Source: a bacterium | GTDB taxonomy: Bacteria; Patescibacteriota; SICC01 | Reading direction: 5' to 3' | Length of the DNA stretch: 64,000 nucleotides | Assembly (NCBI GenBank): GCA_030699935.1 | Contig: JAUYKS010000002.1 | Coordinates: 65,018 to 129,017, forward strand | The notes under the pieces: generated by a model | Databases searched by the model: none | What the model saw: only the letters and a program-made list of their open reading frames with translations | Told to the model about the DNA's origin: nothing | Translations under genes and position numbers: made by a program | Shown: one piece after another, positions 8,245 through 17,748 of the stretch | How positions within the stretch are numbered: the stretch's first letter is position 1 | How the letters are laid out: each line of letters begins with the position of its first letter

Positions 8245-9279
8245 TTAGTTTAGGCCCAGCCAGAAACGGGCGGATTCGGCCCAAGAGTTTCCGGTTCGCT
8301 GCTCGGCAGGATGCTCTTCAGCCGGCTGCATCGATTCGAATACCTTGATTATCTCTTCCTTCGGCAGTTGGCCGTCGAGAATTCCCTCCGTATCGCCGGT
8401 TTTGTAAGTGTAGCCGCCGAAGTCAGGGTCGGCGTAGATTGAACCGCTGTTTGTCTTGGCGTAAAACTGACACCCTTTCTGATCGGAGTACCCGTTGGCA
8501 GTCGGACCGCCGCAGTTTTCGGGAGGGTTGTATACGGAGGGTGATTCAAGCACCAGCACTTTGTAGAAGCCGTCATCGGATTCGTACCGTAAATCAACGA
8601 CGGGTTTGCCAGTAAAAGGTTCGTCATTAACGGATCGACTGAATAGCTTGTAGCCCGCAGGCTGGTAGGTGGGTATCAGCACGTTTTCCGGAGTGGTTTC
8701 TTTGACGACTTCGGTCTGGCGGCCCTGATCGGCGAAGGCCAGTCCCGCGTATATCACGATCATTCCGGCTACGGCCAGATAGAGCGGCCAACGGGTCTGC
8801 GCCTGCGGTTGCTCCACTCCTGGTTGAGTCGTCTTTACATACTGGTTGTAAGCGCGAAGCAAAGATCCCCAATAAGCCAGTAATGTCAGGTAACCGGCCA
8901 GCGTCAGCGTCACCAGGCCGCCTTTGATATAGAAAATGGTGAGCGCGCCGCATAGTCCTTCCAAGCAGTTTGTGATGGCGGAAATACGGAGTGCCACATA
9001 CAAGCCGATTATTGCGGCCAGACCGACTAGTCCAAACAAAAACGATAGACCGTGATAGGGGCGGAGGCCGAATTGCCAGCGCCAGTCATTTAGAACGCCA
9101 GTCAAACTTGTCTTCTCGGGGTTGATTCCCTGAGCGAGCTTAGGCCTGGTCACGAAGAACCAGTACAGCAGGTACGGAGGAAACAATGCGGCCAGAAGAA
9201 TATTGAGAAGGATCGGTTGCTTAATCGAGTGGCTCGCTTCCATGCGGCCATAGTACAACACCATTGACGTAAAGCCCAA
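8245..9279 (-). CDS. Hypothetical polytopic membrane protein with Cys-containing C-terminal extracytoplasmic domain
   Basis: 4+ TM helices. GC noticeably lower (~50-52%) than neighbours. The true start may be internal (MEASHS…). Confidence 0.5.
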   Translation of the reverse strand: MGFTSMVLYYGRMEASHSIKQPILLNILLAALFPPYLLYWFFVTRPKLAQGINPEKTSLTGVLNDWRWQFGLRPYHGLSFLFGLVGLAAIIGLYVALRISAITNCLEGLCGALTIFYIKGGLVTLTLAGYLTLLAYWGSLLRAYNQYVKTTQPGVEQPQAQTRWPLYLAVAGMIVIYAGLAFADQGRQTEVVKETTPENVLIPTYQPAGYKLFSRSVNDEPFTGKPVVDLRYESDDGFYKVLVLESPSVYNPPENCGGPTANGYSDQKGCQFYAKTNSGSIYADPDFGGYTYKTGDTEGILDGQLPKEEIIKVFESMQPAEEHPAEQRTGNSWAESARFWLGLN

Positions 9280-9310
9280 AAAGTGTTATCATTAAGCAAT
9301 TTTTCCGAGG
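9264..9310 (+). promoter_or_regulatory. Conserved promoter block, copy A: TTGACG-N17-TATCAT + taagcaatttt leader
   Basis: Shares the -35/-10 architecture and downstream AATTTT block with copies at 38580, 52946 and 55766. Confidence 0.5.
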
Positions 9311-9317
9311 TTTTTCA

Positions 9318-9346
9318 TTGACAGATGAGGAACCGGCCGATATGCT
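9318..9346 (+). promoter_or_regulatory. Second tandem promoter upstream of nrnA (TTGACA-N17-TATGCT)
   Basis: Consensus -35 with 17-nt spacer. Confidence 0.4.
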
Positions 9347-9380
9347 GGCAAGTTCATTTCACCGAGTCCGTACGTAACCC

Positions 9381-10823
9381 ATGGAACTAAGTCCCAAACA
9401 ACAAGTCACCGAATTGGTCAGGAAGTTCGATAACGTCCTGATCGTTACGCACGCCCGTCCCGACGGCGATGCGATCGGTTCGGCCTTGGCGATGCACCTC
9501 GTGCTCGAGCAGCTCGGCAAGCACCCGACGACGATCATCCGCGACGACATCCCGGGGATGTTCCGGTTCCTGCCGGCGCTCGACAAGGTCACCAAGGACC
9601 TGACCGGCAGCCGCGACCTCGTCGTCAGCGTGAACACGGCGCGGACCAAGGTCGACAAGCTGAAGTACAACACGACCGAAGACCGGCTGAACGTGGTGAT
9701 CTCGCCGAAGGACGGCCAGTTCGCCGACAAGGACGTGGACGTCCGACAGGGCGCGTACAGCTTCGACTTAGTAATCGTCCTCGACGCGCCCGATCTCGAC
9801 CGCCTCGGTTCGCTCTACGAGGACAACCCGGACCTCTTTTACGAGGCGCCGGTGGTGAACATCGACCATCATCCGTCGAACGACTACTTCGGCGCGGTGA
9901 ACCTGGTCGACCTCACCGCGACCTCGACTTCGGAGATCCTGGTCGGCGTAATCGAAGCGCTCGGCGAATCGCTGATGACCGAGGACGTGGCGACGCTGCT
10001 CCTGACCGGACTGATCACCGACACCGGCAGCTTCCAGAACGCCAACACCACCCCGAAGTCGCTGACCGTCAGCGCCCAACTGGTGGCCCAGGGCGGCCGG
10101 CAGCAGGAGATCGTCCAGCATTGCTACAAGACCAAGCCGCTCTCGACGCTGCGGCTCTGGGGCCGGGCCCTGACGCGGCTTCAGTACGATCCGACCACCC
10201 GCGTCGTCTGGGCCAGCTTGACCAACGCGGACTTCAAGGAGACGGGCGGTACGCCGACCGAAGCGAAGGAAGTGATCGACTCGTTGATGAGCTCCGCGCC
10301 GGACGCCGAAGTGATCCTGCTGCTCCGTGAACGCGAGGACGGACGGGTCGACGGCAGCGTCCACACCACCAAGGGCGTCGATGCCACCAAGGTAGTCGGC
10401 TTCTGGAACGGCGGCGGCCATAAGGGCGCGGCCGGTTTCGACACCGACGGTCCGCTCGAGAACGCGGAACGCAACGTGGTGCTCCAGGTCAAGAAATGGC
10501 AGGCGCAGCGCCTCGGCGTACAAGGCCCGACCGAGAACACCTCGTCCGGCCGCTCGCAGACCGCGGATCTGCCGCCCCGCCCCGCCGAACAAGTCCCGAC
10601 CCGGCCGACGCGCCAGCCGCAGCGTCCTAACCGGCCGCGTCAGAACGGCATGGTCAGCGGCGGCGTAGCCGGCAAGGCGCCTTCGAAACCGCCGCAGCAA
10701 CCGGACCAGCAACCCCAGCAACCGCTCTCCGATGACGAACTGGACGCCTACTTCAAGAAATCGTCCGGTCCGAACGGCCAAGTCATCGACCAGCAGCCGA
10801 AACGGGACGATGGCCGCAGCTGA
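9381..10823 (+). CDS. nrnA: DHH/DHHA1 phosphoesterase (NrnA-like oligoribonuclease/pAp phosphatase) with P/Q-rich C-terminal tail
   Basis: …VTHARPDGDAIGS… DHH motif. …GGGHKGAAGF… DHHA1 motif. ~110-aa low-complexity tail. Confidence 0.8.
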   Translation: MELSPKQQVTELVRKFDNVLIVTHARPDGDAIGSALAMHLVLEQLGKHPTTIIRDDIPGMFRFLPALDKVTKDLTGSRDLVVSVNTARTKVDKLKYNTTEDRLNVVISPKDGQFADKDVDVRQGAYSFDLVIVLDAPDLDRLGSLYEDNPDLFYEAPVVNIDHHPSNDYFGAVNLVDLTATSTSEILVGVIEALGESLMTEDVATLLLTGLITDTGSFQNANTTPKSLTVSAQLVAQGGRQQEIVQHCYKTKPLSTLRLWGRALTRLQYDPTTRVVWASLTNADFKETGGTPTEAKEVIDSLMSSAPDAEVILLLREREDGRVDGSVHTTKGVDATKVVGFWNGGGHKGAAGFDTDGPLENAERNVVLQVKKWQAQRLGVQGPTENTSSGRSQTADLPPRPAEQVPTRPTRQPQRPNRPRQNGMVSGGVAGKAPSKPPQQPDQQPQQPLSDDELDAYFKKSSGPNGQVIDQQPKRDDGRS

Positions 10824-11232
10824 GCGGCCCGACGGTCCGCCCGTCGTGGAACGGGACCCGAGGGGCCAAGTACACGAGGCGGCCCGCGACCTCGCGAAAC
10901 ATATCGCTGGATTGGAAAAGTGGGACTTGAATCGGTTGCGCCAACGCGGGACGGCGGTCGAATGGACCGATTATGCCACGTTCCACATCTCCGTCCATGA
11001 CCCGGAAGCCCCGCCTTGCATACGCGACTGCTTCTTCTGGGCGAATTTCGAACGGGGCGAGTTCGATTACAACACGCTGCCGCGCTCCCGGTCGCCCCGG
11101 GGAGCATTCCAGTCGGTCAAGAAACTCTTCGGTTCGGAGCCCGAAGAACGGGTGGGGGAAGCGGTAGCGGTGCCGCCGCACCGGTCGAAAGAACTGCTGG
11201 AGTATCTCAAGGCTGCGAGGGGCCATGACTGA
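10810..11232 (+). CDS. Hypothetical protein
   Basis: ORF with internal Met start; overlaps the nrnA end by 14 nt; no recognisable motifs. Confidence 0.35.
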   Translation: MAAAERPDGPPVVERDPRGQVHEAARDLAKHIAGLEKWDLNRLRQRGTAVEWTDYATFHISVHDPEAPPCIRDCFFWANFERGEFDYNTLPRSRSPRGAFQSVKKLFGSEPEERVGEAVAVPPHRSKELLEYLKAARGHD

Positions 11233-11644
11233 GCCGTTACCGGAGAACGTCGTGCCTCCGACCGAACTGGTACGCCGGCGGGAGCTCCGGAACGGCGGGG
11301 AAAGTGTCGCGCATGCTGAGTTCAGCGAATGCGTCTTCGAAGCGCAGGGCGGATTCCCCCGCACGATCCGAGTCGGGGATAGCGAATCCGTCCTGAGCGT
11401 CCGGGTGGCGGAGGAAGCGGTGGTGTTCTGTCTCATAGAGCAGGACCGTGTCTTTCTCGCAAAAGACCGGGAAGTCAGGGAGTTGCCGATGCAAGACAAT
11501 TCGATAGAAGCGGTCATCCGTATTTCCCGCGGACGCCTCCACACCGAGACGATGTTGGCACGAAAGCTCTCCACGAAGAAGCTGGCGGAAGTGGCGGATA
11601 CCTTCCAACAGGTGCTCAGGGACAGTCCCGATCCGGCCGTATAG
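11225..11644 (+). CDS. Hypothetical protein (position of rbfA upstream of truB, but no RbfA signature)
   Basis: ATGA-type overlap with the upstream ORF. 139 aa. Confidence 0.35.
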   Translation: MTEPLPENVVPPTELVRRRELRNGGESVAHAEFSECVFEAQGGFPRTIRVGDSESVLSVRVAEEAVVFCLIEQDRVFLAKDREVRELPMQDNSIEAVIRISRGRLHTETMLARKLSTKKLAEVADTFQQVLRDSPDPAV

Positions 11645-11651
11645 TAGGGAC

Positions 11652-12344
11652 ATGCAGACCGACGGATTCCTGCTCGTAGACAAGCCGTCCGGCTGGACCA
11701 GTCACGACGTGGTGGCCCATGTCCGGAAGATGAGCGGGATCAAGAAAGTGGGACACGGCGGCACGCTCGACCCGATGGCGACGGGGCTCTTGGTGATCGG
11801 GCTTGGTAAGGCGACCAAGGAGTTGGAGCGATTCGTCCAGGGCGACAAGACGTACGTCGCCGAGGTGACGCTCGGCGCGACGACGGCGACGGACGACGCG
11901 GAAGGGACGGTCGAGCCGGCGCCGGATGTTGCGGATGCGGCGCAGCCGTCGCACGCGGACGTGGCCGCGGCGCTGAAACGGTTCGAAGGCGAGATCGAGC
12001 AGCTGCCGCCGGTCTACTCCGCGATCAAGACCGGGGGCAAGAAGGCGTACGTCGAGGCGCGGAAAGGCCGGACGGTGGAGCGGAAGCCGCGCAAGGTGAC
12101 GATCCATGACATCGAACTGCTGGAATACGAATGGCCGATCGTGCGGTTCAGGACGACGGTCTCCAAAGGCACCTATATCCGATCGATCGCGCGCGACCTC
12201 GGCGAACGGCTCGGTACCGGCGGATACCTTTCGGCGCTCCGGCGGGAGGGAGTGGGCACGTTCGACGTGAAGGACGCGCTCGGTGCCGACGTGCTCGACG
12301 GCCCGTGGTGCGATCTAGCGGAAAAACTGATTCCGCTCACCTAA
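11652..12344 (+). CDS. truB: tRNA pseudouridine(55) synthase
   Basis: …GFLLVDKPSGWTSHDVV…KVGHGGTLDPMATGLLVIGLGKATK… catalytic Asp motif. Confidence 0.9.
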   Translation: MQTDGFLLVDKPSGWTSHDVVAHVRKMSGIKKVGHGGTLDPMATGLLVIGLGKATKELERFVQGDKTYVAEVTLGATTATDDAEGTVEPAPDVADAAQPSHADVAAALKRFEGEIEQLPPVYSAIKTGGKKAYVEARKGRTVERKPRKVTIHDIELLEYEWPIVRFRTTVSKGTYIRSIARDLGERLGTGGYLSALRREGVGTFDVKDALGADVLDGPWCDLAEKLIPLT

Positions 12345-12425
12345 CCTAATCTGCGCTTTTCTTCATCACTTCGCGTGGATCGTCGGGTCGCGAAAGGGGT
12401 TACAATTTTGGTAAGGTAATACGCT

Positions 12426-12722
12426 ATGACCGAACTCGCATCAGAATCAGAATCGTTTGAAGCCGACGAGCGTCAGCAATACGAAGCCGGCCGTGCCGAG
12501 GTACTTACCGCCATCGCCGCCGGCGAATACGATCCGGCGACGACACCGCAGGAAATCGCCGAGAAGACCGGAGTCGGCCTGATCAACGTCCGGCAACTCA
12601 CGTTCGGCATGATCGCGTACCGGGAAATCACCTGGGGTACCGACCCCGAAACCGGCATATTACGGATGGTACTGACCGAATCCGGCGAGGAACACCTGGC
12701 CCGATTCGCCGAGACCTGCTAG
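12426..12722 (+). CDS. Small acidic hypothetical protein
   Basis: 98-aa ORF between truB and rpsO. Confidence 0.4.
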   Translation: MTELASESESFEADERQQYEAGRAEVLTAIAAGEYDPATTPQEIAEKTGVGLINVRQLTFGMIAYREITWGTDPETGILRMVLTESGEEHLARFAETC

Positions 12723-12735
12723 TCTGAAACCCGTT

Positions 12736-13002
12736 ATGCCCACAACCGAGCAGAAATCAGCCGTTATCAAGGAGCACGCCACGTCGAAGGACGACGTCGG
12801 TTCGGCTCCCGTGCAGATCGCGCTGTTGACGGCCCGGATCACCGAGCTGACCGGTCACATGAAGGCGCATCCGAAGGACAACCACTCGGAGCGCGGATTG
12901 GAGCTGCTGGTGGGCAAACGACGCCGACTCCTGGACTATCTCGCCCGTACGGACGAGCCGGCCTACCAGGAATTGGTAAAGAAGCTTAAGCTGCGCAAGT
13001 AG
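12736..13002 (+). CDS. rpsO: 30S ribosomal protein S15
   Basis: Canonical S15 sequence (…GSAPVQIALLTARITELTGHMKAHPKDNHSERGL…). Confidence 0.9.
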   Translation: MPTTEQKSAVIKEHATSKDDVGSAPVQIALLTARITELTGHMKAHPKDNHSERGLELLVGKRRRLLDYLARTDEPAYQELVKKLKLRK

Positions 13003-13149
13003 CGATTAATAAGGATCGTTTAATAATTTAATTCATAAGCGGCACGGAGCGTGTCGAGACCTGAGCGCCGAAGGACGATCGGAACGACCGACGAGACAAC
13101 CCTTCGACTCCCGGACTTCTACATGCTCCCGCCACGATAGGAGGAACGC

Positions 13150-15372
13150 ATGTTCAACGTGCAAACCGCAGAAGGAGCCTTCGGCTCCGAGACACTGAAG
13201 TATGAGACCGGCAAGCTTGCCGGATTAGCCGACGGCGCCGTCCGGGCGCAGTACGGCGACACCGTCGTCCTGGTGACGGCCGTGGTCGGCGACCAGAAGC
13301 CGGGATTCGATTACTTCCCGATGATGGTCAGCTACGAGGAGAAGATGTACGCCGCGGGCAAGATCTCCGGCGGATTCTTCAAGCGCGAAGGCCGGCCCAG
13401 CGAGGAAGCGACCCTGATCTCGCGGCTGATCGACCGGCCGATCCGGCCGCTGTTCCCGAAGGGGACGCGCAACAATATCCAGGTGATCGCGACGGTCCTG
13501 TCCGTCGACGGCATCCATCACCCCGACATGGTGGCGATGAACGCGGCGTCGACGGCGCTGCATCTGGCCGGCTCTCCGATGGTCGAGATGATCGGCGGCG
13601 TCCGGATCGGCGAGATCGACGGCGAGCTGATTGTGAACCCGACAGAGGAACAGCGCGAGCAGTCGAAGCTGGACCTGGTCGTCGCCGGCACCAAGGAAAA
13701 GATCATGATGGTCGAGGCCGGTGCCAACGAAGTCACCGAGGAGCGGATGCTGAAGGCGTTCGACCTGGCCCTGGCCGAGATCCGGAAAGCGATCGCGATC
13801 CAAGAGGAGATCGTCGGTAAGGTCGCGCCGGAGAAGCGCGAGCCGGCCCTGGCCGAGACCGACCCCGACCTCGAGCGCGAAGTCGCCGAGAAGACCCGGA
13901 CGAAGTTGCTCGAGATCACGCTGAACTCCACGCAGGAGGAACGCGAGAAGAAGATCGCCGAGCTGACCGGCTGGCTGAAGGAGGAACTGGTTCCGGAAGA
14001 AGCGGCCGAGGATGCGAAGTGGACCGCCGGACAAGTCACGGACGCGTTCACCAAGGTCGAACAGGAGACGATCCGCGAGGCGATCCTGAAGCACGATGTG
14101 CGCCCGGACGGACGCAAGCTCACCGAGATCCGTCCGATCAGCTGTGAAGTCGGCGTACTGCCGCGCACCCACGGCTCGGCGCTGTTCACGCGCGGCCAGA
14201 CCCAGGCGCTGTCGCTGACCACGCTCGGCACCCCGGGCGACCAGCAGATCATAGACACCATGCTCGAGGACACGAAGCGGCGTTACATGCACCACTACAA
14301 CTTCCCGCCGTACTCGGTCGGCGAAGCGCGGCCGGTGCGCGGCGCCGGTCGCCGCGAGATCGGCCACGGGGCGCTCGCGGAACGGGCGATCTTCCCGATG
14401 CTTCCGGAGCAGGACGACTTCCCGTACACGATGCGGGTGGTCAGCGAGATCCTGGCCTCGAACGGCTCGACCTCGATGGCTTCGGTCTGCGGCTCGACCC
14501 TCTCGCTGATGGACGCGGGCGTGCCGATCAAGAAGCCGGTCTCCGGCATCGCGATGGGACTGGTTACCGACGGCGACACCACCAAGGTACTCACCGACAT
14601 CCAGGGCGCCGAGGACTTCGCCGGCGATATGGACTTCAAGGTCGCCGGTACCAAGGACGGCATCACCGCGTTGCAGATGGACATGAAGGTCTGGGGCATC
14701 CCGCTGGAAGTGATGACGCAGGCGCTCGAGCAGGCCAAGACGGCCCGCCTCGAGATTATGGACAAGATCCTGGCGACGATCCCGGAACCGCGGGCGGACC
14801 TGGCGGCCAACGCGCCGCGCATCACGACGATGAAGATCGACCCGGAGAAGATCCGGATCGTGATCGGACCGGGCGGCAAGATGATCAACGAAATCACCGC
14901 CGAGACCGGCGTCTCGATCGACCTCGAGGACGACGGCACCGTGATGATCGGCTCCAGCGACGGCGAAGCCTCCAAGAAGGCGATGGAATGGATCAAGGCG
15001 CTCACCGCCGAGCCGGAAGTCGGCAAGGTCTACGACGGCAAGGTCACCAAGCTGATGCCGTTCGGCGCGTTCGTCGAGTTCATGCCGGGCAAGGAAGGCA
15101 TGGTCCACGTCTCGCAGATCGCCGACGAACGGGTGGCTTCGGTCGAAGACGTGCTCAAGGTCGGCCAGGAAGTGAAGGTCATGGTGATCGAAGTCGATTC
15201 CCAGGGCCGGAACAACCTCTCGATCAAGGCGGCGGCCAGCGGCGCCGACCCGAAGGTGATCGCCGACGAAGTCCGACAGTCGCGTGCGCCCCGCAACGGT
15301 GGCGGCGGTCGGGAACGCGGCGGCCCGGGAGGCGGTTTTCGCCGCGGCCCCGGCGGACCCCCGCGACGGTAG
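13150..15372 (+). CDS. pnp: Polynucleotide phosphorylase with G/R-rich C-terminal tail
   Basis: Two RNase PH domains, then KH and S1 domains. 740 aa. Classic rpsO-pnp arrangement. RBS ggagga. Confidence 0.95.
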   Translation: MFNVQTAEGAFGSETLKYETGKLAGLADGAVRAQYGDTVVLVTAVVGDQKPGFDYFPMMVSYEEKMYAAGKISGGFFKREGRPSEEATLISRLIDRPIRPLFPKGTRNNIQVIATVLSVDGIHHPDMVAMNAASTALHLAGSPMVEMIGGVRIGEIDGELIVNPTEEQREQSKLDLVVAGTKEKIMMVEAGANEVTEERMLKAFDLALAEIRKAIAIQEEIVGKVAPEKREPALAETDPDLEREVAEKTRTKLLEITLNSTQEEREKKIAELTGWLKEELVPEEAAEDAKWTAGQVTDAFTKVEQETIREAILKHDVRPDGRKLTEIRPISCEVGVLPRTHGSALFTRGQTQALSLTTLGTPGDQQIIDTMLEDTKRRYMHHYNFPPYSVGEARPVRGAGRREIGHGALAERAIFPMLPEQDDFPYTMRVVSEILASNGSTSMASVCGSTLSLMDAGVPIKKPVSGIAMGLVTDGDTTKVLTDIQGAEDFAGDMDFKVAGTKDGITALQMDMKVWGIPLEVMTQALEQAKTARLEIMDKILATIPEPRADLAANAPRITTMKIDPEKIRIVIGPGGKMINEITAETGVSIDLEDDGTVMIGSSDGEASKKAMEWIKALTAEPEVGKVYDGKVTKLMPFGAFVEFMPGKEGMVHVSQIADERVASVEDVLKVGQEVKVMVIEVDSQGRNNLSIKAAASGADPKVIADEVRQSRAPRNGGGGRERGGPGGGFRRGPGGPPRR

Positions 15373-15407
15373 TCTCCGTTAAGCCGTTTTTTCCAAAAAC
15401 GACGCAA

Positions 15408-15446
15408 CCATCCCCGCACCGTGCACATTGACGGGCGCGGGGATGG
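15408..15446 (+). terminator. GC-rich hairpin (ccatccccgc / gcggggatgg, 19-nt loop) after pnp; the loop embeds the -35 (TTGACG) of the next promoter
   Basis: Perfect 10-bp inverted repeat. No U-tract. Confidence 0.35.
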
Positions 15447-15457
15447 TGGCATACTCT
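15428..15457 (+). promoter_or_regulatory. Promoter TTGACG-N18-TACTCT, immediately upstream of ATG 15466 (near-leaderless)
   Basis: -35/-10 spacing read from the sequence. Confidence 0.4.
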
Positions 15458-15465
15458 AAGGCGTT

Positions 15466-16128
15466 ATGGAAGCTAGAACAGCACGACTTTTGGACTTTCC
15501 GTTAGGGCCCCGACGCACCGCCCGGCGCGCCCGCCCTGCGGGCGAGCGGATCGATTACCTTGCTATGGCCAAGCAGGAGAGCCAACGCGAGATTACCGAG
15601 GAATTGCTGCGCCGCCTGACCGATGTCGATCCCCGGGAGTTGGAGCGCTTGCGGATTCGGACCGAGCGGAAGCCGGACAAGATCACGCTCGAACAAGAGG
15701 TACGCCTGCACGAGGGAGTTATGCAATTGGCCGGGGTCCGGCTGAAGGGCGCCATGGAGGTCGAACTCCGGAAGCCCGGCAGTGAGGAGATGGTCAGGAT
15801 CGTGGCTGGCTCCCATCGCGGCGGCATCGAGCGGATCGTCCACCTTTCGCCCGAACATCAGGAGATCGGTACGCCCGACGGGGTCGTCTCAATCCGGCCT
15901 ACCTATGTCCCGCATTTCCGCAAGATTGATGACGTGGACCGCGAGATGCTGATGCAGGACAACTCGGTGAGCTCGTTCGACCAGAAAGGTCGGCTGATCG
16001 GTACGCGGATCCATCCGCGGCAACCGTCGCCGATCGAGGTCGCGCGGCTGATCCCGCTCCTGCGGGACGGCGAGGTGACGGGCCGCACCGCGGAATCCGC
16101 CGTGGCCGACACCGCGGACGAAGCCTGA
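15466..16128 (+). CDS. Hypothetical protein
   Basis: ORF; alternative start at MAKQESQ (15565). Confidence 0.4.
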   Translation: MEARTARLLDFPLGPRRTARRARPAGERIDYLAMAKQESQREITEELLRRLTDVDPRELERLRIRTERKPDKITLEQEVRLHEGVMQLAGVRLKGAMEVELRKPGSEEMVRIVAGSHRGGIERIVHLSPEHQEIGTPDGVVSIRPTYVPHFRKIDDVDREMLMQDNSVSSFDQKGRLIGTRIHPRQPSPIEVARLIPLLRDGEVTGRTAESAVADTADEA

Positions 16129-16158
16129 TTTTTACCAGGGTTTGCTACAATACGCCGG

Positions 16159-17748
16159 ATGGCAGCTAGGAAGGAAAAGCGTCGGTTACGGAACTCCGTG
16201 ACCAGTATCCAGTCGATACCAGCGTTGGTCGCGGGCTTGCTGTTGCTCGCGGCGGGAACGGCATTGTGGCTAACCCTGGCAGGTGCCGCCGTGACCAAGG
16301 ACCTCTTCGTGAAGCTGCCGGAAAACAGCCGGATCGCTGGCGTGGCCCGTCTGGCGGCGTTCGACTACGGGACGCTGGAACAAGTGAGTTCGTCGGCCGC
16401 GATCTATCCAGACGAGGTCAAAGCCCTGATGCCGGTCATCCGGACCGCCGCCCCGCCGGAACTGATCGGCCAGGCGTTGGGAGACGAGATCGGGTTCGCC
16501 CGGACGCCGGACGGACGGACGCTGGCTGTCGCTACCGTGCGGGATAACGCCCTCTATTCGCAATTGGCCGCCGCGGTTTACGAACAGTTGGACGGCGCCA
16601 AGCAGGTCAAGGTTGACACGCCGGAACGCGGCCGGCTGACGTTTGCTGCGGGTCGTTTGCCGGGCTCGAAGATCACGATCTTCTCCTATCGCGAGGGAAG
16701 TTACGTCTACTTCGCGACGGACCGGAACCAGATCCTGGCGGCGCTGCACCGCACCGAAGGGTTCGACCGGCACGAACATTTCGCGGAAGTTTCGGGCGAT
16801 CTGCCGGGCTCGCAGGACGCGTACGTATTCCTGGACAGCGCGTTGTCCGAGCGGTATCCGCGACTGGAATTCTCGTTGGTCGGATTGGCGATCAAGGAGG
16901 ATGACGGGACGCTGCGGATCGAAGCGGCCAACGACGGCCCGCCGCCGGCCCGGGCCGAACTCAAGCGGACATCCGGCGATCTGCTGCCGCCCGTTTCCGC
17001 CGCCCCGGTCAGCATCTCTGGAACCGACGCCGCCGGGTTCTTCCGGCTGTTGGAGGAGCAGCGGTCGGCGCAGGATCTTCCCGGCGTGTTACGGTTCCAG
17101 AACGGCGTCGCGGCCCTGGACCGCCAGCTCGGGATCGACATAGAACGCGAATATCTGGCCGCCGCGGACGGTCCGTTCGTCTACGCGCGGTATCGGGACG
17201 GCGGCAAGGGGACTAAGGGCGCGAAAGCCGGTGCGCGACAGTGGATGGTGCTGCTCGAGTTCGACAGTCCGGAAAATGCCCGGCAAAAGACCGCGGAACT
17301 GCAACGCCTCCTGAAGACGAAGGCGAGAGTCCCGGTGCGCCGCGAAGTGGTCAAGGTCCTTCCCGACGGGACGCGCTCCCGGGAGATCGAATCGCAGCGG
17401 AACGAGCCGTTGTCCATCAAGACAGTGACGGTCGAGCGCCGGCCGGCCGCCTCGGCGCAGTTCCCGTCGATGGGCCGGTTGGTCTGGCAGGTGCGCGGTC
17501 CCCATCTCCTGATCGGCAGCTCGGAAGAAGCGGTCGCCAGGCTGGTGCGCAATCTGGCGGATCCGTCGCCAGCGGACGCGAAAGGACAGCTCGTGACCAG
17601 GATCGACCTGGCCGAAGCGGCATCCGTGACCGGCCAGGAGGACGGGCTCCTTGCCTGGATCCTGTTCGCCCGTCCCGAACGCGGCAGCTTCTCGCTCGAC
17701 AAGGCGACCGGGGAACTTACCGGCGGCATGACGTTCCCGGAGCGCTGA
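16159..17748 (+). CDS. Hypothetical membrane-anchored extracytoplasmic protein
   Basis: Single N-terminal TM helix, 529 aa. Extended -10 (tgcTACAAT) just upstream. Confidence 0.5.
   Translation: MAARKEKRRLRNSVTSIQSIPALVAGLLLLAAGTALWLTLAGAAVTKDLFVKLPENSRIAGVARLAAFDYGTLEQVSSSAAIYPDEVKALMPVIRTAAPPELIGQALGDEIGFARTPDGRTLAVATVRDNALYSQLAAAVYEQLDGAKQVKVDTPERGRLTFAAGRLPGSKITIFSYREGSYVYFATDRNQILAALHRTEGFDRHEHFAEVSGDLPGSQDAYVFLDSALSERYPRLEFSLVGLAIKEDDGTLRIEAANDGPPPARAELKRTSGDLLPPVSAAPVSISGTDAAGFFRLLEEQRSAQDLPGVLRFQNGVAALDRQLGIDIEREYLAAADGPFVYARYRDGGKGTKGAKAGARQWMVLLEFDSPENARQKTAELQRLLKTKARVPVRREVVKVLPDGTRSREIESQRNEPLSIKTVTVERRPAASAQFPSMGRLVWQVRGPHLLIGSSEEAVARLVRNLADPSPADAKGQLVTRIDLAEAASVTGQEDGLLAWILFARPERGSFSLDKATGELTGGMTFPER

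Noticed and set aside
13225-15108. 627-aa ORF on the minus strand
   Set aside because: Antisense to the unambiguous pnp gene; typical high-GC shadow ORF.
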